A stretch of DNA of 39,006 bases from Nakamurella sp. (lineage in GTDB: Bacteria > Actinomycetota > Actinomycetes > Mycobacteriales > Nakamurellaceae), in contig DASQFG010000253.1 in NCBI GenBank assembly GCA_035633315.1, positions 1 through 39,006 of the forward strand, written 5' to 3'. Below the pieces are notes generated by a model, which saw nothing but the letters and a program-made list of their open reading frames with translations, ran no database searches and was not told the origin of the DNA. Positions 18,556-30,217 of the stretch are shown in pieces. The first letter of the stretch is position 1. The number at the start of each line of letters is the position of its first letter. The translations under genes were made by a program, and so were the position numbers.

Positions 18556-19167
18556 GTGACGGCCATCGACCATCTACTCGCACGGAACCTGGCGGCAGCC
18601 GAATACCACCCGGTCGGTATGGGCCCCGTGCCCACTCTGGAGATCGCGCTGCTGATGTGCATGGACGCCCGCATCGACGGTCATGCGGCATTCCGGCTGA
18701 ACCTGGGTGAGGTGCATCTGCTGCGCAACGCCGGCGGCGTGGTGACCGACGACGTGATCAGATCGCTGTCGATCTCCCAGCACGCGCTGGGCACCCGGGA
18801 GATCATGATCATCCACCACACCGACTGCGGCCTGGCGCGTCTGGAAGAGGACAAGTTCCGGGCCCATCTCGCGACCCTTGCCGGGTACCGGCCCACCTGG
18901 TCGGTGCAGGCGTTCAAGGATCCGCACGATTCGGTCCGCGAATCCCTGCGCCGGATCAGGGATTCACCGTTCCTGCTGCACCACGACGCGGTCCGTGGCT
19001 TCATCTTCGACGTGAACACCGGAATGTTGGAAGAGGTGTTCGTGGACGGTGACAATCCCACCGGTCAGCTCGATCCCGCCGCGACGCCACCGCCCGCCGG
19101 GTCGGCGCGCACCGTCGTCGCGGACGCGGTCGCCACTGACTCCGGGGGTGCTGGTGCGGGCCACTGA
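18556..19167 (+). CDS. Beta-class carbonic anhydrase
   Basis: CMDAR, RNAGG, HHTDCG zinc ligands, RGFIFDVNTG; RBS GAGGAG. Confidence 0.93.
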   Translation: MTAIDHLLARNLAAAEYHPVGMGPVPTLEIALLMCMDARIDGHAAFRLNLGEVHLLRNAGGVVTDDVIRSLSISQHALGTREIMIIHHTDCGLARLEEDKFRAHLATLAGYRPTWSVQAFKDPHDSVRESLRRIRDSPFLLHHDAVRGFIFDVNTGMLEEVFVDGDNPTGQLDPAATPPPAGSARTVVADAVATDSGGAGAGH

Positions 19168-19234
19168 GCTTGCGGCACAACCAGATCGAAGCCGTTCCAG
19201 ACGGAAACGCGCATCGGCAGCCGGCGCACATCCC

Positions 19235-20122
19235 GTGCCGACCACGGCCGGGTCGTCGGCACTGGATGCCGACCTGCTGCTGAACTTCTTTGCCGATCGC
19301 GGCCGGGACCTGCCGTGGCGGCAACCGACGGCGACTCCGTGGGCCGTGCTGGTCAGCGAGATCATGCTGCAGCAGACGCCGGTCAACCGGGTTCTTCCGG
19401 TCTACCAGGAGTGGATGACGCGCTGGCCGGAACCGGCCGCGCTGGCCGCCGACTCCCCCGCCGACGCGATCCGGATATGGGGTCGGCTCGGTTACCCGCG
19501 GCGCGCGCTGCGGCTGCACTCGGCGGCCACTGTCATCACCACCGAGTATTCCGGCGAAGTTCCGGACACCGTCGAAAACCTCCTGCTGCTCCCTGGAATC
19601 GGTGAGTACACGGCCCGCGCCGTCGCCGCGTTCGCCTTCCGCCGGCGAACCCCGGTGGTCGACACCAACGTTCGGCGGGTGCTGTCCCGGGTGGTCCGGG
19701 GTCTGGACGAACCACGAGAGCCGGCCAACGCGGCCGACCGCGCCGAGATGGCCACCCTGCTGCCGGCCGAACCGGCGACCGCCGCCAGGTTCTCGGCCGC
19801 CGTGATGGAACTGGGCGCGCTGGTCTGCTCGGCGCGATCGCCGGATTGCGCTTCCTGCCCGCTGGCCGATCGCTGCCGGTGGCGGCTGGCCGGATCGCAG
19901 CCGGGGCAGGCGCGTCGCGCGGTGCAGGCCTGGCACGGCACCGACCGGCAGGTTCGCGGCCGGATCATGGCCGCGCTCCGGGCAAGTCACGGTCCGGTCC
20001 ACGATGGGACGCTGGCCGGGCTGTCCACCGACGCCGAGCAGGGACATCGGTGCCTGGCCTCGCTGCTCGTCGACGGCCTCGCGGTCCGCATCGGCGCCGG
20101 CCACATCGCACTGCCGGACTGA
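19235..20122 (+). CDS. mutY: A/G-specific adenine glycosylase (start uncertain)
   Basis: RDLPWR, VLVSEIMLQQT, WGRLGYPRRA, LPGIGEYTA, VDTNVRRV and the 4Fe-4S motif C-x6-C-x2-C-x5-C. Confidence 0.93.
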   Translation: MPTTAGSSALDADLLLNFFADRGRDLPWRQPTATPWAVLVSEIMLQQTPVNRVLPVYQEWMTRWPEPAALAADSPADAIRIWGRLGYPRRALRLHSAATVITTEYSGEVPDTVENLLLLPGIGEYTARAVAAFAFRRRTPVVDTNVRRVLSRVVRGLDEPREPANAADRAEMATLLPAEPATAARFSAAVMELGALVCSARSPDCASCPLADRCRWRLAGSQPGQARRAVQAWHGTDRQVRGRIMAALRASHGPVHDGTLAGLSTDAEQGHRCLASLLVDGLAVRIGAGHIALPD

Positions 20123-20128
20123 TCGCTG

Positions 20129-20555
20129 GTGGCCGACTGCCTGCTCTGCGATCCCGCTGCAGCCGACGCCGCGTTCGACCGGGTTCGGTTGTGGGAGAAC
20201 AACCTGTGGCGGCTCTCCGCGGTGCTCCGCGGTCCGATACCGGGTTTCGCGCACCTGGAGCCGCGGCGGCACATCCCGTACGTCACCGACCTTGACGGGC
20301 CAGAGGCCGCGACCTTCGGCGCGGTACTGGCCCGCGTCACCGAGGCGCTGCGGATGGCGGCGGACGCGGAGAAGACCTACGTCTATGCCTTCGGTGATCA
20401 CGTCCCGCATTTCCACGTCAACCTGGCGCCCCATCGAGCCGGTGACGCGCTGCGCGGCGGTCCGGGGCTTGCTCGATCCCGACGCCGCCGACGCGGACCT
20501 GGCGGCCCATCAGGCCGTCGCGGAAGCTGCGCGAGCCGCGCTCGCCATGCCGTAA
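20129..20555 (+). pseudogene. HIT-family protein with an apparent one-base frameshift near its 3' end
   Basis: CLLC, PRRH, HVPHFHVNLAP. The natural-looking C-terminus LLDPDAADADLAAHQAVAEAARAALAMP-stop lies in another frame after GGGG at 20464-20467; the unshifted ORF runs to 20638. Confidence 0.7.
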
Positions 20556-20584
20556 GGGCACGCGACAGCCGGCCGAAGACGACT

Positions 20585-20618
20585 CCGGCCCGCCCTCCGC
20601 GTACGGAGAGCGGGCCGG
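20585..20618 (-). terminator. Stem-loop between the convergent HIT gene and clpC
   Basis: ccggcccgccctccg-cgta-cggagagcgggccgg; the single mismatch becomes a U-G pair on the minus (clpC) transcript. Confidence 0.7.
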
Positions 20619-20687
20619 TTGTGCTGTCGGGTCGGTGACCGAGGCCGCGTCACTGTGGCCAATTCACGACGCCGCCGTCACCTGATG

Positions 20688-23207
20688 TCAGACGGTGGCC
20701 TCGCCCACGTCGGTGGCCAGACCCGCGGCCACCACCTCGGGAACCGCGGACGGTTTGGGCTCGCCCCGGAAGGTGAACTCCCGGTCCTTGCCCTCGCCGG
20801 TGACGTCCACCACGATGATCTCGCCGGGCCGGATCTCGTCGAACAAGATCTTCTCCGAGAGCTTGTCCTCGATCTCCCGCTGGATCGTGCGACGCAGCGG
20901 CCGCGCGCCCAGCACGGGGTCGAAGCCGCGCTCGCCGAGCAGTGCCTTCGCGCCGGCGGTCACCTCGAGCCCCATGTCCTTGTTCTTCAGCGCACCCTCG
21001 ACCCGTTTGAGCATGAGGACGACCATGCGGTGGATCTCCTCGGTGGTGAGCTGATGGAACACCACCACGTCGTCGATACGGTTGAGGAACTCCGGACGGA
21101 AGTGCCGCTTGAGCTCGTCGTTGACCTTCTGCTTCATCCGGTCGTAGTTCGACTCCGCGTCGTTGCCCTGGGCGAAGCCCAGCGAGACCGACTTGGAGAT
21201 GTCCTGCGTGCCGAGGTTCGAGGTGAACACGATGACGGTGTTCTTGAAGTCCACCGTCCGGCCCTGACCATCGGTCAGCCGGCCATCTTCCAACACCTGC
21301 AGCAGGGTGTTGTAGATGTCCTGGTGGGCCTTCTCGATCTCGTCGAACAGCACCACCGAGAACGGCTTGCGCCGCACCTTCTCGGTCAGCTGGCCACCCT
21401 CTTCGTAGCCGACGTACCCCGGAGGCGCACCGAACAGCCGCGATGCGGTGTACCGGTCGTGGAACTCGCCCATGTCGACCTGGATCAGCGCATCCTCGTC
21501 ACCGAACAGGAACTCGGCCAGCGCCTTGGTCAGCTCGGTCTTCCCGACACCTGAGGGGCCGGCGAAGATGAACGACCCGGACGGACGCTTCGGGTCCTTC
21601 AGGCCGGCACGGGTGCGCCGGATCGCCTGCGACACCGCCTTGACCGCCTGGTCCTGGCCGATGATCCGCTTGTGCAGCTCATCTTCCATCCGCAGCAGCC
21701 GGGTGGTCTCCTCCTCGGTGAGCTTGAAGACCGGGATGCCCGTCCAGTTGGCCAAAACCTCAGCGATCTGCTCGTCGTCGACCTCGGACACCACGTCCAG
21801 ATCGCCGTCTTTCCATGCCTTCTCCCGCTCGGACTTGCGGGCCAGCAACTGCTTCTCCGAATCACGGAGCGCAGCGGCCTTCTCGAAGTCCTGCGAGTCG
21901 ATCGCTGATTCCTTGTCCCGGCGAACGGCAGCGAGCTTCTCGTCGAAGTCGCGCAGATCCGGCGGCGCGGTCATCCGGCGGATGCGCATCCGGGCGCCGG
22001 CCTCGTCGATCAGGTCGATCGCCTTGTCCGGCAGGTAACGGTCGCTGATGTACCGGTCGGCCAGGGTGGCCGCGGCGACCAGCGCGTCGTCGGTGATGGT
22101 GATCCGGTGGTGCGCCTCGTAACGGTCCCGCAGACCCTTGAGGATCTCGATGGTGTGCGCCACGTTCGGCTCACCGACCTGGATCGGCTGGAAACGGCGC
22201 TCGAGAGCTGCGTCCTTCTCCACGTACTTTCGGTACTCGTCCAGGGTGGTCGCACCGATGGTCTGCAGTTCACCACGGGCCAGCATCGGCTTGAGGATCG
22301 ACGCCGCATCGATCGCGCCCTCGGCGGCTCCGGCACCCACCAGGGTGTGGATCTCGTCGATGAACATGATGATGTCGCCGCGGGTGCGGATCTCCTTGAG
22401 CACCTTCTTCAGGCGCTCCTCGAAATCACCGCGGTAGCGGGAACCGGCGACCAGGCTGCCGAGGTCGAGGGTGTAGAGGTGCTTGTCCTTGAGCGTCTGC
22501 GGCACGTCACCGCGGATGATCGCCTGGGCAAGGCCCTCGACGACCGCGGTCTTGCCGACGCCGGGCTCACCGATCAGCACCGGGTTGTTCTTGGTGCGGC
22601 GGGAGAGCACCTGCATCACCCGCTCGATCTCCTTCTCCCGGCCGATGACCGGGTCCAGCTTGCCCTCCCGGGCGGACTGGGTGAGGTTGCGACCGAACTG
22701 GTCGAGCACGAGCGAGGTCGACGGGGTGCCCTCGGAGCGCCCGCCCTCCGCGGCGGCCGTCTCCTTGCCCTGGTAGCCGGAGAGCAGCTGCAGGACCTGT
22801 TGGCGGACCCTGTTCAGGTCGGCCCCCAGCTTCACCAACACCTGCGCCGCGACGCCCTCGCCCTCGCGGATCAGCCCGAGCAGGATGTGCTCGGTGCCGA
22901 TGTAGTTGTGGCCGAGCTGCAGCGCCTCGCGCAGGCTCAGCTCCAGCACCTTCTTGGCGCGCGGGGTGAAGGGGATGTGCCCGGACGGCGACTGCTGCCC
23001 CTGGCCGATGATCTCCTCGACCTGGGCACGCACGCCTTCCAGCGCGATCCCCAGGGATTCCAGGGCCTTCGCGGCGACACCCTCACCCTCGTGGATGAGG
23101 CCGAGCAGGATGTGCTCGGTGCCGATGTAGTTGTGGTTGAGCATCCTGGCTTCTTCTTGCGCCAGGACGACCACGCGCCGCGCTCTGTCGGTGAACCGTT
23201 CGAACAT
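20688..23207 (-). CDS. clpC: ATP-dependent Clp protease ATPase subunit ClpC1
   Basis: [20 protein letters not shown], Walker A motifs GEPGVGKT and [34 protein letters not shown]. Confidence 0.98.
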   Translation of the reverse strand: MFERFTDRARRVVVLAQEEARMLNHNYIGTEHILLGLIHEGEGVAAKALESLGIALEGVRAQVEEIIGQGQQSPSGHIPFTPRAKKVLELSLREALQLGHNYIGTEHILLGLIREGEGVAAQVLVKLGADLNRVRQQVLQLLSGYQGKETAAAEGGRSEGTPSTSLVLDQFGRNLTQSAREGKLDPVIGREKEIERVMQVLSRRTKNNPVLIGEPGVGKTAVVEGLAQAIIRGDVPQTLKDKHLYTLDLGSLVAGSRYRGDFEERLKKVLKEIRTRGDIIMFIDEIHTLVGAGAAEGAIDAASILKPMLARGELQTIGATTLDEYRKYVEKDAALERRFQPIQVGEPNVAHTIEILKGLRDRYEAHHRITITDDALVAAATLADRYISDRYLPDKAIDLIDEAGARMRIRRMTAPPDLRDFDEKLAAVRRDKESAIDSQDFEKAAALRDSEKQLLARKSEREKAWKDGDLDVVSEVDDEQIAEVLANWTGIPVFKLTEEETTRLLRMEDELHKRIIGQDQAVKAVSQAIRRTRAGLKDPKRPSGSFIFAGPSGVGKTELTKALAEFLFGDEDALIQVDMGEFHDRYTASRLFGAPPGYVGYEEGGQLTEKVRRKPFSVVLFDEIEKAHQDIYNTLLQVLEDGRLTDGQGRTVDFKNTVIVFTSNLGTQDISKSVSLGFAQGNDAESNYDRMKQKVNDELKRHFRPEFLNRIDDVVVFHQLTTEEIHRMVVLMLKRVEGALKNKDMGLEVTAGAKALLGERGFDPVLGARPLRRTIQREIEDKLSEKILFDEIRPGEIIVVDVTGEGKDREFTFRGEPKPSAVPEVVAAGLATDVGEATV

Positions 23208-23468
23208 CTGCACTCCTTACGGGCGTGCGCTGCGTTGTGGTCTGAGGTGGTTGCCGATCCGTACTGCCGATCCGTGCTGCCGAGCAATTGATGAACACCG
23301 CCGTTGATGCCGGTGGACTGCTCGATCCCGTGCAACCGCCCGCCCCCGGACCACCCAGAAGGCACCGGACCGGAAGGCAGCGGATGGTTCACTGTAGTCG
23401 GCCGATGCCGGACCCCGGTGGAGTCGCGGACCGGTGACGACTCTGCGCACCGTGCCGTCACTGCTGTC

Positions 23469-23495
23469 CAACGCTGCCCGAGCGGGTCTCGTTCC
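23469..23495 (-). promoter_or_regulatory. SigH/SigE/SigR-type ECF promoter upstream of clpC
   Basis: Minus strand GGAAC-N17-CGTTG. Confidence 0.7.
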
Positions 23496-23508
23496 GCCAG
23501 ATCAGCGG

Positions 23509-23525
23509 GTACGCCGTGGGCGAAC
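23509..23525. promoter_or_regulatory. Candidate ClgR operator
   Basis: Minus strand GTTCGC-CCACG-GCGTAC, matching GTTCGC-N5-GCG, upstream of clpC. Confidence 0.7.
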
Positions 23526-23636
23526 AGCCAGGGTGTGTGGCCCGCTGTGAACGGGCTGTGGACGGGTCGCAGAGGCGCCACCGAGCCCGCTCCGGCGGAC
23601 TACCCGATCGATTTCACACTTTCGTGCTGGCAAACG

Positions 23637-23669
23637 CCTCCGACCCCCGCCGATGGCGGGGGTCGGAGG
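23637..23669 (-). terminator. Terminator hairpin downstream of lsr2
   Basis: Perfect 15-bp stem cctccgacccccgcc-gat-ggcgggggtcggagg, followed by CGTTT on the minus strand. Confidence 0.8.
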
Positions 23670-23741
23670 GTGATCTGCCGGTGATCGGCCGGTCACGAGT
23701 AGTGCTCAACGGGCGCGCACCCGGCCGAACGCAAACTCCGC

Positions 23742-24104
23742 TCAGTGAGCAGCCTCGAACGCCTGCTGGACCGCTGCGGACAGCCGTCCGCGCTCGGAGA
23801 CCTCCCAGCCGTTCGCCCGTGCCCACTCGCGAATCGCGGCGGTCTGCTCACGGTCGGGCGCCGTCCGCGACCCACGGGGAGCCTTCGCCGCCTTGACCGA
23901 CTTGGGCCGTCCCGGGCCACGGCGACTGCCGTCGACCCGACGGGCGCCGGCGACGAAGCTGGCAAGCGCGTCGCGCAACGTGCCGGCGTTCTTCTCGCTG
24001 AGGTCGATCTCGTACGACGCGCCGTCAAGCGCGAACGATAGGGTTTCCGCGCCCTCGGAACCGTCGAGATCGTCCAAGACTATGTTGATGGTCCTGGTTG
24101 CCAT
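23742..24104 (-). CDS. lsr2: Nucleoid-associated protein Lsr2
   Basis: LDDLDG, FALDGASYEIDLS, IREWARANGWEVSERGRL; lysS-lsr2-clpC synteny; RBS GGAGG. Confidence 0.96.
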   Translation of the reverse strand: MATRTINIVLDDLDGSEGAETLSFALDGASYEIDLSEKNAGTLRDALASFVAGARRVDGSRRGPGRPKSVKAAKAPRGSRTAPDREQTAAIREWARANGWEVSERGRLSAAVQQAFEAAH

Positions 24105-24379
24105 ACCAGTCCTCCCGTGTGGGCCCGTTGGCCATTGTTATTCCCGGCCCAGAATAGTGCCGGTTCCGCTTCCCCTCCACCATAACCTGCCATTGTCGCG
24201 GCGTGTTCCAGACCCGCCCGAAACACCTCCTCGGGGCTGGCTGGAAATGGTCGCGAAAGCAACGGAGCGAAGACCGCGAGACTCACTTCCGGCGAGCGCA
24301 GAAACACCGTCGGGTTGTCAAATGCCGCAAAACGCCCTGGACGGCCATTCTCCCGGGGAGATGATCCGCTCGGACGGCG

Positions 24380-26017
24380 TCAGTCTCCGGGACGCACGAA
24401 CGGAAACAGGATCGTCTCGCGGATCCCCAAACCCGTCAGCGCCATCAGCAATCTGTCGATGCCCATCCCCATGCCACCCGCCGGTGGCATTCCGTACTCC
24501 ATGGCACGCAGGAAGTCCTCGTCCAGCACCATCGCTTCGACATCGCCCATCCCGGCAAAGCGGGCCTGATCCACGAAACGCATCCGCTGGACCACCGGAT
24601 CGACGAGTTCGGAGTATGCGGTCGCCGTTTCAATCCCGCGGATGTACAGATCCCACTTCTCCGCCAATCCTGGGGTATCACGATGTTCGCGGGTCAGCGG
24701 CGAGGTCTCGGCCGGGAAATCCCTGACGAACGTCGGCGCCACCAACGTCGGCACCACCAACTCGTCGAACAATTCCTCGGCCAGTTTGCCCGGTCCGTAG
24801 TGCGGGGCGACCGGCACGCCGACCCGGTCGGCCAGTTCACCCAAGTGGGACATCGGGGTCTGTACGGTGATCTCTTCGCCGGCCGCCGCCGAGAGCGCGC
24901 CGAACAACGTCACCGATTCCCAGCTCCCGCCGAAATCGAACTCGGTGCCGTCGGCGTGCACCGCCAGGGTCGATCCGTAGACGGCGATGGTGGCCTGCTG
25001 CACCAGGGTTCGGGTGAGCTCGGCCATCCCGTTGTAGTCGCTGTACGCCTCATAGGCCTCCAGCGTGGCGAACTCCGGGGAATGCGAGGAGTCGGCTCCC
25101 TCGTTGCGGAAGCTCCGATTGATCTCGAAGACCCGCTCGATTCCGCCCACCACGGCGCGCTTGAGGTACAGCTCGGGCGCAATCCGCAGGTAGAGGTCCA
25201 TGTCCATGGCGTTCATATGGGTGACAAAGGGCCGCGCCGCCGCGCCGCCGTGCAGCACCTGGAGCATCGGAGTTTCGACCTCGAGGAAATCCCGCTCGTA
25301 CAGCGTCGACCGCAATGAACGATTCACCGCGCTGCGCACCTGCACGGTCCGTCTGGCCTGCGGCCGGACGATCAGGTCCACATAACGCTGGCGAACCCTG
25401 CTTTCCTCGGACAGCGGTTTGTGCGCGACCGGTAGCGGGCGGAGCGCCTTGGCGGTGATCGCCCAGGAATCGGCCAGCACCGACAGCTCCCCCCGACGGG
25501 AGGTGATCACCGACCCGTGCACGAACAGATGGTCCCCGAGGTCGACGTCGGACTTGAATGCCGCCAGCGATTCCGCGCCGACCCCGTTCAGCGACACCAT
25601 CACCTGCAATTCACTGCCCGTTTCCCCGGCACCCCCTTCGCGCAGGGTCGCGAAACACAATTTCCCGGAGTTGCGCAGGAAGATGACCCGTCCGGTGACG
25701 CCCGCAACCTGGCCCGTGTCGGTGTCCGGCGGCAGATCCGGATACGCCGCCCGCAGGGCGGCGAGCGACGTCGTCCTTTCGACGCCCACCGGATACGGTT
25801 CGATCCCGCTGTCGAGCAGGCGCTGACGCTTTTCCCGGCGCACCCGCAGCTGTTCAGGAATCGCATCCGTCACATCATCGGGGTTCTTCTCGGGGTCGTG
25901 GTCAGAAATGGGGCCCGTATCGCGCGCGGGACCAGCCGGTCGCGGCGTGGGTAGCGAACGGTCACCGGGAGTGTCATTGCCCTCGCCGGCGGTGGAGTGG
26001 GTCGGTCTGGGCGTCAC
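24380..26017 (-). CDS. lysS: Lysine--tRNA ligase (class II)
   Basis: [57 protein letters not shown]. Start taken as GTG 26017 (TAGGCT 8 nt upstream); a later start is possible. Confidence 0.96.
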   Translation of the reverse strand: MTPRPTHSTAGEGNDTPGDRSLPTPRPAGPARDTGPISDHDPEKNPDDVTDAIPEQLRVRREKRQRLLDSGIEPYPVGVERTTSLAALRAAYPDLPPDTDTGQVAGVTGRVIFLRNSGKLCFATLREGGAGETGSELQVMVSLNGVGAESLAAFKSDVDLGDHLFVHGSVITSRRGELSVLADSWAITAKALRPLPVAHKPLSEESRVRQRYVDLIVRPQARRTVQVRSAVNRSLRSTLYERDFLEVETPMLQVLHGGAAARPFVTHMNAMDMDLYLRIAPELYLKRAVVGGIERVFEINRSFRNEGADSSHSPEFATLEAYEAYSDYNGMAELTRTLVQQATIAVYGSTLAVHADGTEFDFGGSWESVTLFGALSAAAGEEITVQTPMSHLGELADRVGVPVAPHYGPGKLAEELFDELVVPTLVAPTFVRDFPAETSPLTREHRDTPGLAEKWDLYIRGIETATAYSELVDPVVQRMRFVDQARFAGMGDVEAMVLDEDFLRAMEYGMPPAGGMGMGIDRLLMALTGLGIRETILFPFVRPGD

Positions 26018-26121
26018 GGGTGGCCAGCCTACTGGCCGCATTCCCGACGCCGACCCGCGCGGCGTTCGCCGCCAAGGCATTCGGTCGCATTCGCCTGCCC
26101 GGGTCGGGTCACAATGATGGT

Positions 26122-26928
26122 GTGCCGACACCGGAGCCACCCGCCACCCGCGGCTGGAACCGTGAGCTGGCCGGGTCTTTCCAGACCGCGGCGACCGGCT
26201 ACGCACGGTTCCGTCCCGGCTACCCGCCGTCCGCCGTGGGTGCCGCGCTCCCAACGGATGCACGCCGGGTCCTCGACCTCGCCGCCGGTACCGGGAAACT
26301 GACCGGGTCCCTGATCGACCGGGGGCTGGACGTCGTCGCGGTCGAACCGCTGCCCGGCATGCTGGCCGAGCTCGCGTGGCGGTTCCCGTCGGTCACCGCC
26401 GTGCTCGGGTCGGCGGAGGCGATCCCGTTGCGGGACGGCATCTTCGACTGCGTCGTTGTCGGCCAGGCCTTTCACTGGTTCGACCACGAGCGGGCACTGA
26501 GTGAGATGGCCAGGGTGCTGCGGCCCGGCGGGACGTTGTCCCTGCTGTGGAATCACGACGACGAGACCGATCCGCTGGTCAGGGACGTCGAGGCGGAACT
26601 GAACCGGATCGGCCGACCGGACAGCGGTGCCAGCGGCCGTGGCAGAAGGGACGCGGGACCGTCGTCGGGCCACCCACCGCCGCCGTTCGGCGGCCATCCG
26701 GCCTTCACCGACCCGGTACTGATCATGATCAGGTGGGTGCGTCGCACCACCATCGAGGACCTGGTGGGCCTGCAGCAGACCTACTCGTACGTCATCGGCG
26801 CGGACCAGCAGGCCCGCGACGACCTGGCCGTTGCCATCCGCGGCCATGCGCGGCGGCGCAGCGGCACCGATGACGGCGAGCTGGCCATTCCGGTGATCTG
26901 CGAGGTCTGGCGGTCCACATGTCGCTGA
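26122..26928 (+). CDS. Class I SAM-dependent methyltransferase
   Basis: [46 protein letters not shown]; leaderless GTG 6 nt after CACAAT. Confidence 0.9.
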   Translation: MPTPEPPATRGWNRELAGSFQTAATGYARFRPGYPPSAVGAALPTDARRVLDLAAGTGKLTGSLIDRGLDVVAVEPLPGMLAELAWRFPSVTAVLGSAEAIPLRDGIFDCVVVGQAFHWFDHERALSEMARVLRPGGTLSLLWNHDDETDPLVRDVEAELNRIGRPDSGASGRGRRDAGPSSGHPPPPFGGHPAFTDPVLIMIRWVRRTTIEDLVGLQQTYSYVIGADQQARDDLAVAIRGHARRRSGTDDGELAIPVICEVWRSTCR

Positions 26929-27843
26929 CCGGGGACGTCAACGACGGCGGGGACGCCGCCGGGGTCGCCCGCCACCGGCCGGTGCTGCCGGCGGCGGGCT
27001 GGCGAGCCGCGGCGGCTCGGCACGCCGAACGGGTGCTGACGCTGACCCAGGGGCACGCGGCCCGCGCGAGTGCTGGCCGGCACCATCCGGTCGAGGACTT
27101 CCTGTTCAGCTACTACTCGCTCCGACCTGGAGCGCTGCGCCGCTGGCATCCGGGCGCGGAGGTTTCGTTGGCCGACGCGCCGGAACGCGCCGGCTGGAGG
27201 TTCCACCGCGCCGTCGGCGGAGCGCCGGAATCGCCGACCGTGGCAGTGGATCTCGCGGCGTTCACCGCCGCGCGCGGCGCTCAGCTGGACTTCATCGTCC
27301 GGATGCTGTCGGCCACCTCCGCGGCGCCGGGCCAGTTCGGTTGTTTCGGGCTGCACGAGTGGGCCATGGTCTACCGGCAGGGTTCCGACGAGCGCAGGCA
27401 TGTGGCATGGCCGCTGCGGCTCGGGCAGACCGGCACCGACGACGTGGTGCGCGAGCACCAGATCCGGTGCACCCACTACGACGCGTTCCGCTTCTTCACC
27501 CCCGACGCGCGGCCACGCAACACCGTGCAGCCGGACCTGGACTCCCGCCCGGCCATGGAACAGCCGGGTTGCCTGCACGCCGGAATGGACGTCTACAAGT
27601 GGGCGTACAAGTTGATCCCGGTGGTGCCCAGTGAATTGCTGCTGGACTGCTTCGAGCTGGCCAGGTCGATCCGCGAGTTGGACATGCGGGCATCGCCCTA
27701 CGACCTGTCCGATCTCGGATACGCGCCGGTGGCCATCGAAACCGCCGACGGCAAGGCCGAATACGTTGCCGCGCAACGCCGGTTCGGACAGGCCGCACAG
27801 CAGCTGCGGGGGCGGCTGCTGGAGGTACTGCGGCGCGCGAGCT

Positions 27844-27845
<2 letters not shown>
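26919..27845 (+). CDS. Conserved uncharacterised protein (family often auto-labelled 3-methyladenine DNA glycosylase)
   Basis: HPVEDFLFSYY, GCFGLHEWAMVY, CTHYDAFRFFT, EQPGCLHAGMDVYKW, DMRASPYD; overlaps the methyltransferase stop. Confidence 0.8.
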
Positions 27846-27876
<31 letters not shown>

Positions 27877-27887
27877 AAGCAGACGAT

Positions 27888-28373
27888 TCACTCCTGGTCC
27901 GGCGCCCGGCAGCAGTACTCCAGGTACAGCGCGCCGCCCATCATCACCACCGCCCCGACCAGGCCGATGATCCCGGTCACCCCGTCGGATTGGGCGGCGG
28001 GCAGCAGCGTCCAGGACGGCAGCACGTATACCAACAGCCCCACCCAGAGCCCGGCCAGTGCGGCACCGGCCAGCGAGGTGGCCTTGGCGGCCATCACCGC
28101 GCGGGCGGCGGTGAGCGGCGGCACCGGCGTTCTGGTCCGCGCCGGGCCGCGGGGATGCTCCTGCGGACGGATGCGGCTGCGCAGCCCACGGCCGGCGATC
28201 GCCTCGCCGATCCCGAGGATCGCCGCGGCCACCCCGGCGAACCGCGGCAGCGGCGGCATCCGCTGATAATTCAGCCGCACCAAGGCATATCCGACGACGG
28301 CGGCCACCAGCCCGACCGCGAGCAGATCCTGGGCACGGGTGATGCCCATCCGTTGCCGCGGGTCAACGGACAT
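27888..28373 (-). CDS. DUF3180-family membrane protein
   Basis: Four hydrophobic segments, PLTAARAVMAAKATSLAGA, LEYCCRAP; directly after folK. Confidence 0.85.
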   Translation of the reverse strand: MSVDPRQRMGITRAQDLLAVGLVAAVVGYALVRLNYQRMPPLPRFAGVAAAILGIGEAIAGRGLRSRIRPQEHPRGPARTRTPVPPLTAARAVMAAKATSLAGAALAGLWVGLLVYVLPSWTLLPAAQSDGVTGIIGLVGAVVMMGGALYLEYCCRAPDQE

Positions 28374-28854
28374 GGCCGGCCCTGGTGATCCCGCTGACGT
28401 CCATGGCCGCGACCAGGTCGGCGATCGGCCCGGCACCCGGCAGGTCCGCGGTCGGATCGATCTCGGCCCACGGCACCAGAACGAAGGCCCGCTCCGCCGC
28501 CCGCGGGTGCGGCAACGTCAGCGCGGGATCGGCGCTGACGACCGGTTTGCGGTGCACCTCGACGGTGACGACGTCGGCGTCCAGCGTCCGCGGACCCCAG
28601 CGCACCGAACGTTCCCGGCCCGCGGCCTGCTCCAGCTCCTGGCACCGGGTCAGCCAGCCCTTGGCATCGACCGTGTCGTCCTCGACGATGACCGCGATGT
28701 TGTAGAAGTCGTCCTGTGGGATGGGGCCCCAGGGCGGCGTGCGGTAGATCCGGGAGACGGCCCTGACGGACTTGCCGAGGGTTGCGACGGCCTTCTGCAG
28801 GTGCGCTCGCCGGTCGCCCACGTTCGACCCCAGGGACAGCACCGCGCGGCTCAC
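28363..28854 (-). CDS. folK: 2-amino-4-hydroxy-6-hydroxymethyldihydropteridine diphosphokinase
   Basis: [39 protein letters not shown]. Confidence 0.96.
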   Translation of the reverse strand: MSRAVLSLGSNVGDRRAHLQKAVATLGKSVRAVSRIYRTPPWGPIPQDDFYNIAVIVEDDTVDAKGWLTRCQELEQAAGRERSVRWGPRTLDADVVTVEVHRKPVVSADPALTLPHPRAAERAFVLVPWAEIDPTADLPGAGPIADLVAAMDVSGITRAGHVR

Positions 28855-29264
28855 CTGGCCGCTCCGCGACTCTGATCCGGGGAGCTCTGGGCGGCCTGCC
28901 CGGACTTCACCGAGCGGCGGATCGTCACGCTCACGTCGGCGAAGGCCAGCGGGATCGGCGCCGCCGGTTTGTGCACGGTGACCTCGGCGGCGTGCACCGG
29001 GTACCGTGCCATCACCGTGTCGGCGATCTCGCCGGCGACCGCCTCGATCAGGTCGCGCGGCGGCCCGGCGATGATGCCGGCGGCGAGCCCGGCGAGCTCC
29101 CCGTAGTGCACGGTTTCGGTCAGATCGTCGGCGGCCACGGCGCGGGTGAGGTCGAGCCAGATGGTGACGTCCACGACGAAGTCCTGGCCGTCGCGCTTCT
29201 CGTGCTCGAACACCCCGTGGTGTCCGAACACGGTCAGGCCGGTCAGCGTGATCCGGTCAGCCAT
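28851..29264 (-). CDS. folB: Dihydroneopterin aldolase
   Basis: [15 protein letters not shown]...[27 protein letters not shown]. Confidence 0.96.
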   Translation of the reverse strand: MADRITLTGLTVFGHHGVFEHEKRDGQDFVVDVTIWLDLTRAVAADDLTETVHYGELAGLAAGIIAGPPRDLIEAVAGEIADTVMARYPVHAAEVTVHKPAAPIPLAFADVSVTIRRSVKSGQAAQSSPDQSRGAAR

Positions 29265-30210
29265 GGGTCTCCGCCGCCGGCATCCCGTCCGCCGGGTTGG
29301 ATTCGTCCGCGGTCCGGGCAGCGTCCGTCCGGTGGTCAGTCCAGCTCCGCCCGTCGGCCCGGAGCAACCGCCGCTGCGGGCCCCGCCCGCTGACCGCCGC
29401 GGCCACCTTGACGGCGTCCCGCGACGGTCCCGCCTCGTGCACCCGCACCCCCCAGACGCCGGCCGCGGCGGCTAGCGCCGAGATTGCCGTGGTCGCCGAT
29501 TCCCGGCCATCGGCCGGACGCGGCCCGCGTTCGTCGGCCAGCAGGGCGCCGAGGAACCTCTTGCGGGAGGCCCCGATCAGCACCGGGAATCCCCAGCCGG
29601 AATCGCCGGTCGCCCCGGTGAGCCGGGGCAGCGCGTGCAGCAGCGCCCAGTTGTGGGCGGCGGTCTTGGCGAACCCGAGCCCCGGATCGAGCACCAGCAG
29701 CGACTCGTGCACACCGGCCGCGACGGCAGCCGCGACCCGGTCCAGCAGTTCGGCGCTGACCTCGGCCACCACGTCGTCATAGCGGGCCAACGCGTCCATG
29801 TCGGCGCTGTGCCCGCGCCAGTGCATCAGGATCCACGGCACGCCCGCGTCCGCGACCGCGGCGCCCATCTCCGGATCGGCCAACCCGCCGGACACGTCGT
29901 TCACGATCACCGCGCCGGCCCGCACCGCGGCGTCGGCCACCGTCGCCCGGGTGGTGTCGACGCTGCAGTGGATGCCAAGACTCGTCAAATCAGCAATGAC
30001 CGGTACGACCCGCTCGACCTCGACATCCACCGGCACCCGCCCGGCGCCGGGCCGGGTCGATTCACCGCCGACATCGACGATGTCCACGCCGGCCGCGGCC
30101 AGCGCCCGGCCGCGCGCAATCGCGGTGGCGGGTTCGGAGAATCGGCCGCCGTCGGAAAACGAGTCGGGGGTGACGTTCAGGACGCCCATCACGACCGCGC
30201 GATCCATCAC
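29257..30210 (-). CDS. folP: Dihydropteroate synthase
   Basis: [45 protein letters not shown]. Confidence 0.97.
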   Translation of the reverse strand: MMDRAVVMGVLNVTPDSFSDGGRFSEPATAIARGRALAAAGVDIVDVGGESTRPGAGRVPVDVEVERVVPVIADLTSLGIHCSVDTTRATVADAAVRAGAVIVNDVSGGLADPEMGAAVADAGVPWILMHWRGHSADMDALARYDDVVAEVSAELLDRVAAAVAAGVHESLLVLDPGLGFAKTAAHNWALLHALPRLTGATGDSGWGFPVLIGASRKRFLGALLADERGPRPADGRESATTAISALAAAAGVWGVRVHEAGPSRDAVKVAAAVSGRGPQRRLLRADGRSWTDHRTDAARTADESNPADGMPAAETHG

Positions 30211-30217
30211 CGGACGG

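Noticed and set aside
19235..20122. Truncated mutY (no C-terminal NUDIX-like domain)
   Set aside because: Short MutY proteins of about 300 aa are normal in actinomycetes.
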